DNA of 63,244 nucleotides, counting the filler, from Octopus bimaculoides (taxonomy: Eukaryota), in assembly GCF_001194135.2 (NCBI RefSeq). It is 4 parts of 4 records of this genome, joined end to end, with 100 filler letters (N's around TTAATTAATTAA, not from the genome) between each part and the next. Parts side by side here need not be neighbours in the genome. Positions count along the whole stretch, not along the records: positions 15,177 to 30,032 come from NC_068989.1; positions 30,133 to 57,044 come from NC_068983.1; 2 more parts are not named here. One strand, 5' to 3'. Below, in pieces: positions 25,092 through 39,460 of the stretch. The notes under the pieces were generated by a model. The model made no database searches. It was not told the origin of the DNA and worked only from the letters and a program-made list of their open reading frames with translations. Numbering within the stretch: the first letter of the stretch is position 1; each line of letters begins with the position of its first letter. The translations under genes and the position numbers were made by a program.

Positions 25092-25699
25092 TCACATATA
25101 TGCAATATATATATATATTGCGTTTGTGTATATATATTTGTAAGTATGTGTGTATATATATANNNNNNNNNNNNNNNNNNNNNNNNNNNNNNNNNNNNNN
25201 NNNNNNNNNNNNNNNNNNNNNNNNNNNNNNNNNNNNNNNNNNNNNNNNNNNNNNNNNNNNNNNNNNNNNNNNNNNNNNNNNNNNNNNNNNNNNNNNNNNN
25301 NNNNNNNNNNNNNNNNNNNNNNNNNNNNNNNNNNNNNNNNNNNNNNNNNNNNNNNNNNNNNNNNNNNNNNNNNNNNNNNNNNNNNNNNNNNNNNNNNNNN
25401 NNNNNNNNNNNNNNNNNNNNNNNNNNNNNNNNNNNNNNNNNNNNNNNNNNNNNNNNNNNNNNNNNNNNNNNNNNNNNNNNNNNNNNNNNNNNNNNNNNNN
25501 NNNNNNNNNNNNNNNNNNNNNNNNNNNNNNNNNNNNNNNNNNNNNNNNNNNNNNNNNNNNNNNNNNNNNNNNNNNNNNNNNNNNNNNNNNNNNNNNNNNN
25601 NNNNNNNNNNNNNNNNNNNNNNNNNNNNNNNNNNNNNNNNNNNNNNNNNNNNNNNNNNNNNNNNNNNNNNNNNNNNNNNNNNNNNNNNNNNNNNNATAA

Positions 25700-25744
<45 letters not shown>

Positions 25745-28700
25745 CATACATACACACACACACATATAAGTTAATTTTATACCCAATCCTTCAGGGAAAT
25801 AAAATTTCCCTGAATCAATATGTATATATATTAAGCATATAATCCATATTCAATTAACAGAAGAAAAAAAAATGGAGACTTGAAAGTTAATAATTATTTA
25901 TTAATAAATTGATAAATCTTACTTCCTACAGCTGTTTCCATTTGTGCTCATTAAATAAATTACAAATTTATGCTCATTAAATAAATTACAAATTTATGCT
26001 TTAAATTTGCATTTATGAGACATGAGCAAAATGTCATCAGGGAAAAGACATACAATAAAAGATTTCTTGTTGACCTCTTAGTTCATACCAGCAGACTAAA
26101 TATATGAAGTGTGTGTATATATGTATGAGCGTGTGTATATATGCATGAGTGTATGGTTAAGGAACTGGAAAGACCTGCCAGGTATGTGTGTGTGTGTGTC
26201 TTCTTGCCTTGATATGATGTGATAGTTGTAAACAAGAGCTACTGTCATACAAGCAGTGTCATTCATTTTCAATCTTCCATGAAAACATGTCTGGCCACGA
26301 AAAACTATTATGTATGCTGCTTGGAAACAAGCGATGGTTTGCAACAGGAAAGGTATCCAGCCATTATAAAATCTGCATGAACTTATTCTGCTGACCAATA
26401 TAAACATAGAAAAAGGGACATTCAGGCAGTCAATGGAACTTGAACTCACCTCTTCTGACCCACATCTGTAAACATGACAGACATTCTATCATTTCACCTT
26501 TGCATTTTAGAAGCTTTTGAGAATTGTGTTCTTCATTCTTCCACAACCCTTATCACCACAGATTCTCTCAAACCCACCACAACAATAATAGATTCCCTCA
26601 CACATACACTGCTCTCTCTCTCCNNNNNNNNNNNNNNNNNNNNNNNNNNNNNNNNNNNNNNNNNNNNNNNNNNNNNNNNNNNNNNNNNNNNNNNNNNNNN
26701 NNNNNNNNNNNNNNNNNNNNNNNNNNNNNNNNNNNNNNNNNNNNNNNNNNNNNNNNNNNNNNNNNNNNNNNNNNNNNNNNNNNNNNNNNNNNNNNNNNNN
26801 NNNNNNNNNNNNNNNNNNNNNNNNNNNNNNNNNNNNNNNNNNNNNNNNNNNNNNNNNNNNNNNNNNNNNNNNNNNNNNNNNNNNNNNNNNNNNNNNNNNN
26901 NNNNNNNNNNNNNNNNNNNNNNNNNNNNNNNNNNNNNNNNNNNNNNNNNNNNNNNNNNNNNNNNNNNNNNNNNNNNNNNNNNNNNNNNNNNNNNNNNNNN
27001 NNNNNNNNNNNNNNNNNNNNNNNNNNNNNNNNNNNNNNNNNNNNNNNNNNNNNNNNNNNNNNNNNNNNNNNNNNNNNNNNNNNNNNNNNNNNNNNNNNNN
27101 NNNNNNNNNNNNNNNNNNNNNNNNNNNNNNNNNNNNNNNNNNNNNNNNNNNNNNNNNNNNNNNNNNNNNNNNNNNNNNNNNNNNNNNNNNNNNNNNNNNN
27201 NNNNNNNNNNNNNNNNNNNNNNNNNNNNNNNNNNNNNNNNNNNNNNNNNNNNNNNNNNNNNNNNNNNNNNNNNNNNNNNNNNNNNNNNNNNNNNNNNNNN
27301 NNNNNNNNNNNNNNNNNNNNNNNNNNNNNNNNNNNNNNNNNNNNNNNNNNNNNNNNNNNNNNNNNNNNNNNNNNNNNNNNNNNNNNNNNNNNNNNNNNNN
27401 NNNNNNCCACCACAGCCACCACAACCACCACCACCACCACCACAACCTCCACCTCTAGCTCTACATCATCATTCCCAACTCTGTACCACCACTACCCATA
27501 CCACAACTTCTAGTACCATCACCGGCAAAAGATCCTCACCAACCAGTGAGAGGGCTTTTATACACCCACCAGATTGTTAGACATAGCAGCCAAATCTCTC
27601 TCAAATTCTGACCCACCTGCTTCAAAAGAAAAACAAAGAAGAACATATAATATAGCTTCACATATGGAACATTGTGAAATGAAGAAAAATATTTGGTTCA
27701 AATGGAATTATTCCTGCAGTCAGCAGTAAATGAATCTGTATTGATCCTCCTTGTAGAGGACTCCTTGTAGATGACTCCCTGCAGAGATGGCACATGGAAT
27801 CTCAACACTTTGCAAAGGACCTGGGCATCAAAACTGGTTCTTTGTAGGGCACAAGAAGATTCTAGAAGAATGAGTCATGTGATGGCTTGATGCTGATTGG
27901 GTGTTTAAAAGACAGATCACATGAAACTATTGTGGTTTGTCCGTGATGTACGACTGGTCACCAAGTGGTTTTGTTTCAAATCCCTGCTACAAGTGTTTTC
28001 TCTACAAGAAATGGAAGAAATGAGCAAGAAAATACATCAAGGTGGAAACTTCTCCACTGTTGGCTTCTACTCCCCTTCTCTCACACGTTCATTATCTTTC
28101 ATTCTCTCACTCTCACTCACTTACTCTCACTTTATCACACTCTCTCATAATCTTTCATACTCTCTCCTTCATGTTTTCTATTTCTAGCTTTCTCACTCTT
28201 ACTCCCTCTCTCTGCATCTCTCTCTCCTCACACACATTCTCTCTCTCTCCTCTCACACTCTCTCTTCTCACACTCTCTCTCTCTCTCCTCTCACACTTTC
28301 TCTTTCTCACTCCCTTTCTCTCTCTCAACTGTTCTAACACTTTCTTCTCTCCTCCCAAGGGGGGACAGCAGTAGTGTTGGTGGTGGTGATGGTGGTGATG
28401 GTGGTAGCGGTCATAGTGATGGTGGTGGTGGTGGTGGTGGTGGTGGTGGNNNNNNNNNNNNNNNNNNNNNNNNNNNNNNNNNNNNNNNNNNNNNNNNNNN
28501 NNNNNNNNNNNNNNNNNNNNNNNNNNNNNNNNNNNNNNNNNNNNNNNNNNNNNNNNNNNNNNNNNNNNNNNNNNNNNNNNNNNNNNNNNNNNNNNNNNNN
28601 NNNNNNNNNNNNNNNNNNNNNNNNNNNNNNNNNNNNNNNNNNNNNNNNNNNNNNNNNNNNNNNNNNNNNNNNNNNNNNNNNNNNNNNNNNNNNNNNNNNN

Positions 28701-29324
28701 NNNNNNNNNNNNNNNNNNNNNNNNNNNNNNNNNNNNNNNNNNNNNNNNNNNNNNNNNNNNNNNNNNNNNNNNNNNNNNNNNNNNNNNNNNNNNNNNNNNN
28801 NNNNNNNNNNNNNNNNNNNNNNNNNNNNNNNNNNNNNNNNNNNNNNNNNNNNNNNNNNNNNNNNNNNNNNNNNNNNNNNNNNNNNNNNNNNNNNNNNNNN
28901 NNNNNNNNNNNNNNNNNNNNNNNNNNNNNNNNNNNNNNNNNNNNNNNNNNNNNNNNNNNNNNNNNNNNNNNNNNNNNNNNACCACCATCATCACTACCCC
29001 CATCATCACTACCACCATCATCATCACCATCACCATCACCACAACCACCACAACCACCACCATCATCACCATCATCATCAAAATCATCATCATCATCAAC
29101 ATCGTCATCATCATCATCACCATTTAACGTCCATTGTCCATCCTGCAATGGGTTGGATGGTTTGACCGGGGTTGGCAAGCTGAAAGGCTGCACCAGACTC
29201 CAGTCTGATTTGGCATGGTTTTCTACGACTGGATGCCTTTCCTAACGACAACCACTCCGAGAGTGTAACAGGTGCCATTTGAATGACACCAGTATTGTCT
29301 CGTTAAATATGTGTTTGTGTGTCT

Positions 29325-29500
29325 GTGTTTGCTCCCAACTATTGTTTGACAACCGGTGTTGGTGTGTTTACGTTCCCATAACTTACCTGTTCAGCAAAAG
29401 AGACTGATAGAATAAGTACTAGGCTTACAATGAATAAGTCCTGGGGTTTATTCGTTTGACTAAAGACTGACACAAGTAAAAGAATAAAAGAATAAAAGAA
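29325..29500 (+). mobile_element. Family A SINE tail half
   Basis: ctgtgtttg...gactgacacaagtaaaagaataaaag. Confidence 0.8.
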
Positions 29501-29685
29501 TTGGGGGTAGGGGCGTGGGGATGGATTCCATCGACTATAATTCCATAAGGTGGTGCACCAGCATGGCCACTGTCTAGTGACTGAAAGAAGTAAAACAAAA
29601 GCTCAGTTCATTAGAGGGTGTCCTGAGCTAACTCTCATCTTTAAACATCTTTTTGTCTTAAACAGAACAAACTGCAGTGAAAAGC

Positions 29686-29918
29686 TTTTACATGTTCAAA
29701 TACCACTCAGACATTTTCAAACCAGTCTTAACTAATGAAACATTAGATACATTATTTACAATTGACGGATATTTGTCCTCATCTTGCTTGTTGTTAACAC
29801 ATTTCGGCTGATATACCCTCCAGCCTTCATCAGGTGTCTTGGGGAAATTTCGAACCTGGGTTCTCATTCCTAAGGTATTTTTCAATGTTATTATTCCGAG
29901 TTCGATTCCAGGCAGTGA

Positions 29919-29990
<72 letters not shown>

Positions 29991-30032
29991 TAACAATAAC
30001 ATCAAAAAATACCTTCGGAATGAGAACCCAGG
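29686..30032 (-). mobile_element. PLE-type terminal-repeat-like element with a hammerhead-like core and (AAT)n
   Basis: Contains the hammerhead-like core. It also has an inverted pair aacctgggttctcattcctaaggtattttt / aaaaataccttcggaatgagaacccagg around the (AAT)n. Confidence 0.6.
29796..29838 (-). ncRNA. Minimal type-I hammerhead ribozyme-like motif (probably defective)
   Basis: Minus strand GACAC-CTGATGA-A-GGCTG-gagggtatat-CAGCC-GAAA-T-GTGTT: stem II of 5 bp, stem I GACAC/GTGTT, stem III essentially absent. Confidence 0.55.
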
Positions 30033-30076
30033 NNNNNNNNNNNNNNNNNNNNNNNNNNNNNNNNNNNNNNNNNNNN

Positions 30077-30088
30077 TTAATTAATTAA
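30077..30088. other. Artificial TTAATTAATTAA linker (assembly join 2)
   Basis: Same 12-mer flanked by Ns as at 15121. Confidence 0.9.
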
Positions 30089-30133
30089 NNNNNNNNNNNN
30101 NNNNNNNNNNNNNNNNNNNNNNNNNNNNNNNNG

Positions 30134-30450
30134 CATGAAGTCTTGAATATGTTTTTGCCCCTCCCATGGACTGCACAGGGGGGATATGTTTTTCATTATT
30201 CTAACTAAATCGGCCATTAATATATTGATTTTCACACTGTGTGATAGAGCCAAATTCTTATGGATAACATACTTTGAAGATATAGGTTTCATATAATGTG
30301 AGTGGAGGATTTGAACTTTGTCATTAATTGTTTCTAGCCAAAGTTCTTTGTCAAGTACTGGGAGTCTCATGTTTAGGTGTCTTGTTGGGTAATCTATTGT
30401 TACCTTGATGCTCTGGTGTATTGTATTAGCTATATTCTGGATGTTTTCCA
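30134..30450 (-). mobile_element. Penelope-like element (PLE) RT thumb/linker fragment
   Basis: IKVTIDYP..LPVLD..HYMKPISSKYVIH..A..K..L..DLVRIMKNIS. Confidence 0.8.
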
Positions 30451-30836
30451 TCACGATCTTCTCATTATATATATATCAGATTATATATATATTCATTTAT
30501 ATACATATTTGAGTATGTATATGTATGGGTGTGTGTGTGTATATAATGGTCACACACGCACACACACACACACATTCGTACGTATGTACATACGTACATA
30601 CATACATACATACATACATACGTACATACATACATACATACACAAGAAAGCGAGAACAAATTTCAAAGGTCAGTGTTCACAATCACTCAGTGCATTTCAA
30701 AGCATTGAAATACTCCATGGTGTACATAGCTGCATTCATATACACAAGATATAATATAAAAATTTATACATATATAAAAATACATAAATGTACTTGCAAG
30801 GTTGTACATTTATATGTATATATATATACATTTATA

Positions 30837-30872
<36 letters not shown>

Positions 30873-31850
30873 TGTATGTATGTATGTATGTATGTATACA
30901 CACATAGAAAGAGAGAGAGAGGTGAGTATGTCTGTGTTCCCATGTCTAGAGCATCAGCATCAAGCAAACGAGTTTGTTTGCTTCCAGTTTTCACAGAAAA
31001 CCAGGTGTGACCATGTGGAAATATTACATTGTTTGGAAACAATAGTAGATTGGTAATAGGAAAGGCATCAAGCTGTAGAAAATCTGCCTCAACAAATTCC
31101 ATCTGACCAATGCAAACATAGAAAAGTAGATATTAAATGATGATAATGATGATGTTGTCAAGTATGATCCACTAATACATTTAATTAGATATCGTCAAGA
31201 ATGCATTTGACTAATCAACTCTACCATGTGATTGCATCGTGAGGACTTCTTAGCTGTGCTGTTTTCATGTATGCACATATTGGGCAGTTGTCTGGCGTTC
31301 TCACTGGTCCAGGGGCCAAATCTGATGTATGTATGTTGTGAACTGCTGTCAGTAAATAAATACCATAGGAGCCCAGTACTTTGGTTTACTTGGGGGCCTA
31401 TAATGTTGTTAAGTGGCCCTCCTTCTTAGATCTCCTTAATACAAATTTCCTAATCACATTAAACTGGATTTATCACACAAATTCCTAATTGAAGAGCATT
31501 TCATTTGTATGGAATGCTGGGCTAAAATCTTTAAGTCTGGAAGAAATAATGGGAATTATTAATCATTAGAAAAGACCAGGTTGATATAACAAGGACTCTG
31601 TAAGGGTTATGAGATTAACCAAGCAATCAATGTTTTAATCACTGAGATTTATCTTTCATCTTATAAGCATTTATCAAAGAACTTTCTGTCCATTTTGACA
31701 GGGAAAGTTATGAGGCCAACCATATCTTGGCCACACACCCATTGTTGGAAGATGGTTTAACCCAAAATAGCAACATAGAGAATTTTACTTTTGTTTACTC
31801 CGATACCACTTTTTATTTTAAGAAGAACTGTAAACACATGCAAGCATGTA

Positions 31851-31919
<69 letters not shown>

Positions 31920-32452
31920 AGAAATTATATCATTAAATCGATACCTTGATTTCATGCCAGTATCCCAGGTGGATGTTAATCTGAGTCTATGGCATGGATT
32001 TAATGTTATAGTAAGCTTAATGAATGCGAGTACATATACCCTGAATGTACAACACACTTCACTGCAAATGTGTATGAAGAACATTTACTTGTGTATGTGA
32101 GTGAGTGTATGTCTATGTGTGTATCTATATACTTAATGGAAGCCTTAGCCTCAGATTATATATATATTCATTTATATACATATTTGAGTATGTATATGTA
32201 TGGGTGTGTGTGTGTATATAATGGTCACACACGCACACACACACACACACACACATTCGTACGAATGTACATACGTACGTACATAGATACATGCGTACAT
32301 ATGTCCGTACATATGTACATACATACGTACGTACGTACATACGTACATACATACGTACATACATATGTACATGCATACATACGTTCATACACACACATAC
32401 ATACATACATATGTACATGCATACATACATTCACACACACACACACACACAT

Positions 32453-32483
<31 letters not shown>

Positions 32484-32516
32484 TACATACATACATACAT
32501 ACATACATACGTACGT

Positions 32517-33035
32517 AGCGAAAATTAGTTGCCCAGCAGATGTTAGCATAAAGCTGAAGATCAGTGAAAAAGAGAACACCTATGCTGAACTATTCAGAAA
32601 TTTGCAGTTACTCTATCCAGATTACTCTATCCCCAGTTACTCTATCCCCAATGATTACAAGTTCAGGTTTATACTTGTAATCATTGGGGCCCTGGAATAT
32701 ATAACACACTGCCTTAATACCAATCTTGAGAAATTAGGCTTCTCAAAACCAGAAAAGAGAAAGTTAATTCAAAGATTACAGATCCAATCCGTCACTGGAA
32801 TTGTAAAAATCTGTAAAACTCTCCAGAAGATTATCATTTAAGTATATGTGAGCATGTCAAGATATGCAACTATATGCATGAAAATACGTACATAAAACAA
32901 AACATACAAATCTGCACATACACATACAAATAAAAATACCCTGTTGTTGATGTTGAAATTCCAATGGAGGAGCCTTGGATCTAGTTTAAAAACCGGCTCT
33001 TTCTCTATTGCAAAGAAATCTTGAAATAAAACTGA
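32517..33035 (+). mobile_element. R4/Dong-clade LINE 3' end
   Basis: ISCPADVSIKLKISEKENTYAELFRNLQLLYP...IIGALEY...IVKICKTLQK plus 3' UTR; internal 18-bp duplication attactctatcccca. Confidence 0.85.
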
Positions 33036-33994
33036 ACAATGACATACATACACACATAGTGAAACTTTAGCATTTGATGAAGAGTATTTCTTCAGTGGTT
33101 TGAAGGGCATCCAGCTGTAGAAACTCTGCCAAATCAGATTGGAGCCTGGTGTAGCCATCTGGTTCGCCAGTCCTCAGTCAAATCATCCAGCCCGTGCTAG
33201 CATGGAAGGCGGACATTAAATGATGATGATGATGACTAGTAAGTGACTGAGTATTCCACAGATTTATGTATGCATTCTGAATATAATCTTCAGGCAGAAT
33301 CAGTCTAAGACAAGACTGTGACTTTTGAACTATATTCACAATCCAACTAATGAGCTTTTACATTATTTCCTCTCACTGAATTTTATTTGTAAATTATGGA
33401 TGAACTCAAGGCCATAGAAAGTGACATTTGTCTAAAATGTCACACAGTGGGGTAAAACTATGGACCACATGGATGCAAAACAAACCTTCTAACCATTTGG
33501 CTATACTGTACCTTCCTCGTCCTCTGTCCCCTCTACTTCCACCCGAACACTCTTCCCTCTGTTATTGTCTATATTACCATCTTTGGATGATAAATCTGTT
33601 CCTTTTATTATGGAGTGTATTACAGTTATAAGGCAATCTCTACAGGGCTGCCTTCTATTACAGGGTGTATTACAGCTATAAGGCAACCTCTAAAAGTTCT
33701 GGGTACAGCAAAAAGCAACTGGAACACTAAATGCTTGCTGATTGATCGAGATAGTACAATCCAGGGTTTGAAAGGTCTCTTTAGTCTTGCTAATAACAAG
33801 GCAACCTCTAGGTTGTTGGTGCAATGAAAAATGCATGCAGTACAATCTGTGTAAAATGGTGAGTATTAGGAAGGAGATTGAGCCTTAGAAGCTGCACCAA
33901 AAATTGAGACATTAGATGATGGCAAGGTCTACCTCATCTACTGAATCCTACTGAACTGTTCTAAGCTAGCCACCATCATGGAAATGGTAGATAT

Positions 33995-34645
33995 AAATGA
34001 TGATTATACATTCTTTTATTTGTTTCAACCATTAGATTGTTGCCATGCTGGGGCACCTCCTTCAAGAATTTTAGTTGAACAATTCAAATTCAGTACTTAT
34101 CTTTTAAGCATGGTCCTTATTGTCAGTTTCTTTTGCCAAACTGCTAAGTTATGGAGACATGAATCCATCAACACTGGTAGTCAAGCAGTGGGTGGGGGAC
34201 AGACAAACACACACACACATATGACAAGCTTCTTTCAGTTTCCTATTTCTTTATTGCCCACAAGGAGCTAAACGTAGAGGGGACAAACAAGGACAGACAA
34301 ACAGATCAAGTCGATTATAACGATCCCAGTGCATAACTGGTGCTTATTTAATCGACCCCAAAAGGATGAAAGGCTAAGTTGACCTCGGAGGAATTTGAAC
34401 TCAGAACATGACGGCAGACGAAATACCATTAAGCATTCCGCCCGGCGTATTAACGTTTCTGCCAGCTTGCCACCTTTAGCTTCTTTCAGTTTTCATCTAC
34501 CAAATGCACACACAAGGCTATGTTCAGCCCAAGACTGTGGTAGAAGACACTTGCTCAAAGCGCTACACAGTGGGATTGAACCAACTGAACCTGGAACCAT
34601 GTCGCTGAGAAGCAAACTTCTTACCACTCAGCCACACCTGCACCT
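33995..34645 (-). mobile_element. Family A SINE split by a nested family B SINE (about 34250-34470)
   Basis: Tail at 33995-34245 and head at 34480-34645; gcttctttcagttt(c/t)c is duplicated either side of the insertion. Confidence 0.8.
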
Positions 34646-35213
34646 ATGTATATATTTTTGGAGTGTAACTACACGCACATAAATACACAAAATTGAAAGC
34701 AGTTTGCAGAGTTAGAAGTAATAAGAAAAGGAATTACGATGTCATTAATGGACCATGCTGTCAAATCTTCCAGGAGACTCTTCTATAAAGTCTTGTGTTC
34801 AATTAACCATGATAAATTTGGGCTTCTTGCCACCGGCACATTGCACTTCTATTGCGAAGGTCAATAATTCTTTCTTAATTAGCATGCAGCAAAGTTTATT
34901 GTATCGTTTGAACAGACATGTATGTTCACATTCTCCACATTACACATTTTAATACATTATTTTCCTCTTCCTTTTTCGACAAATGATTCTAACTCAAAAT
35001 GTATATTGATTTTCACAAATTGATAAACACTTATATTCATGCCAACATGCAGAAATAGACATGAAATCATACATATATGTATGTGTGTATGAGTGTGTCT
35101 GTATAGGTTTATATATATATATATATATATATATGCATATATACATATACACTCACATACATGTATGTATATATGTGCACGTGTAAATATATATGTGTGT
35201 TTGGGTATATCTC

Positions 35214-35257
<44 letters not shown>

Positions 35258-36231
35258 CATATGTATGTGTATTATAAATTCTTTTTAAACACTTCTAAGT
35301 AAATGAATTCCCTGTGGTGGAATAAATATTATAATTTCTTGCAACACTTTAAACACTTAAACATTAAGCATTTTATCAATGTGGATGCTGTTTAAATACA
35401 GTCATCCAAAATTTCAGCAAAGAGGAAGTCATTTATTGATTTGAAAATTAAATTCAGGATTCTTCTGAAATTATATAATGGATTTTAGAATAAATTTGAC
35501 TTTACTTTCAGTATGGTGCCTCCCCATCAGAATATGTTCTGTTGTTATTCTTACATGTACATCAACACACATACACACACATATACACCAGCATTATCAT
35601 TTTAACATCTACTTTTCCATACTTGGTCGAATCAGATGAGATTATGTTGAAGTAGAGTTTTCTATAGCCAGATGCCTATCTTGTTGCCAACCAGGGCTAG
35701 ATTAAGATTCATTGAGGCCCTAACCACTTAAAAGATTTTGGTGCCCCCAAATTATATGTAATTCAAAATGCAAAAAGTTATAAACTATAAAATAAATTTT
35801 TATTTTTCATAATGAAACAAAACTAACTGTAAGATGGAAAATAATGTTTATTTTTGCATATTTCCTCTTCATTTATATGTGAAAAGTGTTCTACATTTTT
35901 TTAATTGCAAAATCTTTGATCAGATCCTCAGAATTAATTTTAATTAACACATCTACTTTCAAATGTAGTAGAGATAAGGCAGTCTGAGTATTATTTTTGC
36001 AAGATTAAAGATTGTGCTGTAAACCATTTACCATTTCTGTAGTGCCACACTTCTCTTGTTGCCCTAAGTGTGTGCTTATTTTGCTTAGCATTTAATCCAG
36101 CACTGATGTCAACCTTCACCTGTTTCCAAGTGAGGTAATAGTTCGCTTGTCTATTGACTGCCAAACAACCCAGATGGGGTTACATGGGGAACTGAGAACC
36201 AACATCTTCTGAATGAGTCTTTTGTTTACAG

Positions 36232-36315
36232 AGATCAAGCAACATATCAAAAAAATATCAGGAAGGCATGCTTTCACTGTGAACTGCAAACAAACAGCCA
36301 CATGCAGAACCGTCA
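36232..36315 (+). CDS. Candidate 84-nt exon (DQATYQKNIRKACFHCELQTNSHMQNR or IKQHIKKISGRHAFTVNCKQTATCRTV)
   Basis: Acceptor gagtcttttgtttacag and GTGAGG donor; symmetric length with two open frames. No homology recognised. Confidence 0.2.
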
Positions 36316-36975
36316 GTGAGGCCATTGTTTACAACCAATAAACACACATTCAGACAGGCATACAAACATACATATATATATGTGTGTGTGTGTGTGTATC
36401 ATCATCATTTAACATCCACTTTCCATGCTGGCATGGGTTAGACAGTTTGACAGGAGCTGGCAAGGCCAGAAGCCATACCAGGCGCCATTGTTTGTTTTGG
36501 TATGGTTTCCATGGCTGGATGCCTTTTCAGTATTTACATACATACACTCTGGAAATAGGTGAGGGGTCGCAGCAAAAAAAACATCTTGCTGCTGAAAATA
36601 TGCCTCAATAAACTCCATCTAACTCATGCTGGCATGGAAAAGTGGATGTTAAAATGGGGACGATGATGATACGACAGGCTTCTTTCAGTTTCCGTCATTC
36701 AAATCTACTCCTGAAGCTTTGGTCTGCAAAAAGTCACCAACACAAGGTATCACACAGTAAGACTCAACCTAAAACCCTGTGATATGGAAGCAACCTTTTT
36801 AACCAAACACACACACACACACACACAATGGCACAAATCAACATATGATGGAAAAAAGCTCTTCAAAGACAAAATTCTCTAATACTAGTGTCCACTCCTG
36901 AATATTGTGCACCACTTCAATTTATACAAGGGGACTCTGATTGACATAGGAAAGCTAAGAGCCCCCATCACCACC

Positions 36976-37020
<45 letters not shown>

Positions 37021-37342
37021 AAGTATATCGATTTTAGAGAACTTTCATTATTGCTCCTGTCACATTATATATGGTTGTCCTGTCCATGACTTATTAAAGT
37101 TGGTGATAGAAAACAGAAATTGGAATCTGTGTGAAGACTCAACACTCATGAACAGAATTAAGTGTATCAAGAGAACTAGAAGTCAGTTAACAGGTGTCAT
37201 GAGCAGAAGATAGTAAACTAGTTTTAGTCTTGCTACCAGCATGGAAAATTGACTGCTGGACTGATAATGGCAGTCATACACATACACACATATTCATATA
37301 CAAGTATCTATACATGTACATACAGACACATATATACATATA

Positions 37343-37392
<50 letters not shown>

Positions 37393-37628
37393 CATGTATA
37401 TATGCAGTTGTACATGTGTATACATGTGTACATGTATATATATATGCATATGATACATATATACATCCACATACACATCAGGTATATATATGTACATACA
37501 CACACATACATATATATATGTACATACAGACACGTATATACATATACACTATATATATACACACATGCATATATACATATATATGAATTACCTGTATACA
37601 TGCAGTTGTACATGTGTATACATGTGTG

Positions 37629-37666
<38 letters not shown>

Positions 37667-37709
37667 TATATGATACATATATACACCCACATACACATGT
37701 ATATATATG

Positions 37710-37744
<35 letters not shown>

Positions 37745-38180
37745 GTACATATGTCCATCTATAATATCACACATACATAAACACATGCACACACAAATAC
37801 AAACATTTACAAATTGAATATCTGTGTTTCTCCCCTAACTACTTTATTTCTCGTGATGACACACCCAACTAATAGATTTTAACAAACTCATGCGGAAATT
37901 AAACTGTCATCATAATATTTGTACATTTTTCTCCTAGTCTTACTCTTTATTGACTTTCCTTAACACACACAGACAAAACAATAATCCTGCAATTTTCAGG
38001 TGTCATATCTAATAAGAACATTATCAGGTTTCAGCAAATACAGTTTCATTATATATCTCTATCTGAGAGAAGGGGACAGAGAAGGGGATAGAGAAGGGAT
38101 GTTTTGTTGCTGTTACTGCTATGGTTATTGAGCTTTAAGTCAGCCCTAATTGGACAGACTAATGATCAAAGGCCATCCAA

Positions 38181-38215
<35 letters not shown>

Positions 38216-38789
38216 CAGGAGCCAGTATCATTGTTAGGAGAGGGTGGTCTACCCTAGGTGATGCTTTTATGGGTGTGGCACTTTAGGTCAGTGGTATAAA
38301 CCTGTCAAAGCTCGAAGGCCCCAAGGTGATGGTTGAACTTTTCAGTTGGCTGTATAAGTCTGTATAGGCTCAAGGGCCTTTTGCAGGTGGGGAAAACTAA
38401 AGGGCTGCACTCCCTACTTGTTGGCACACATATCAGCTACACCACTATAAGGAACTGTCATTAAATGTGACATTCCACAGTTTGTTAAATGGTAGAATGT
38501 GATTTGAGCATGGTTTGCCTGCTATTTCTAGCAGACGGTGCAAATGCATGGAGACTCCCTTGTTATTTCAAGCGAGAAGGTATATTAGAGAAGAAGGGTT
38601 GTGTATTCTTAGTATACCAGCTTCATGTTACATAACATGTTGTTTTGCCATATGTCAAGCCTGATTGAGCAGGAAGGTCTATATCAATAGAAAAGAGATG
38701 TAGCACTGACCATTTCCATCCAATCTTTTGAGAACAAGGATCAGCAATGGTAGAGCCATTAGAAGAGTTCTTTGTGAAAATTTTTCTGA

Positions 38790-39185
38790 TTTGCAGGTGT
38801 GGCTGTGAGGTAAGCGGTGGGTTCCAGGTTCAGTCCCACTGCATGGAACCTTCAACAAGTGTCTTCTATTATAGCCTCTGGCTAACTAAAGCCTTGTGAG
38901 TAGATTTGGTAGACGGAAACTGAAAGAAGCCCGTTGAGTATATAGATATATGTGTGTTTGTGTGTGTGTTTGTTTGTCCCCCAACACTACTTGACAACCG
39001 ACGTTGGTTTGCTTACAACCCCTTCACTTGGCCATTCAGCAAAAAGAGATTGATAGAATAAGAACCAGGCTTAAAGAAATAAACAACCTACTGGGGGGGT
39101 GATTCATTTAACTAAGAAATTCTTCAGGGCAGTGCTCCAGCATGGCTGCAGTCTCATGACTGAAACAAGTGAAAAATAACAGATA
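38790..39185 (+). mobile_element. Family A SINE, full length, diverged
   Basis: Head, microsatellite and tail present. Confidence 0.85.
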
Positions 39186-39287
39186 AAAGTTTGCAAGCCA
39201 TTCAATAATTGATGGCTTTTAAATAGACTTTTGCATCAGGATTTGTTTAATTGTTTAAGTCCTAGCATAGAAAATAAAAGCAGTCAT

Positions 39288-39460
39288 TATGATGATGACG
39301 ACAACGATGACAACTATGATGATGATGATGACAATGATGATGATGATGATAACTACAATGGCAGCAACGATGATGATGATGATAATTACAATGATAATTA
39401 CAATGATAATGATGATGATGACAATGACAATAATGATGGTGGTGATGACAAAGATGATGG
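39288..39460. repeat. Degenerate (GAT/GAC/AAT)n trinucleotide tract
   Basis: Direct reading; it is the source of the poly-D/M/I pseudo-ORFs. Confidence 0.93.

Noticed and set aside
30645-30755. KARTNFKGQC...LH..SCI as a RECK-like continuation
   Set aside because: Wrong cysteine spacing, no splice sites, and embedded in microsatellites.
37030-37215. Open frame containing NLCEDSTLMNRIKCIKR, with C-x10-C spacing like the next RECK segment
   Set aside because: No phase-0 acceptor or suitable donor, and the residues do not otherwise match.
39240-39275. DLFNCLS after an AG, resembling RECK ALFSCIS
   Set aside because: No donor at a compatible position; it runs into a GAT microsatellite.
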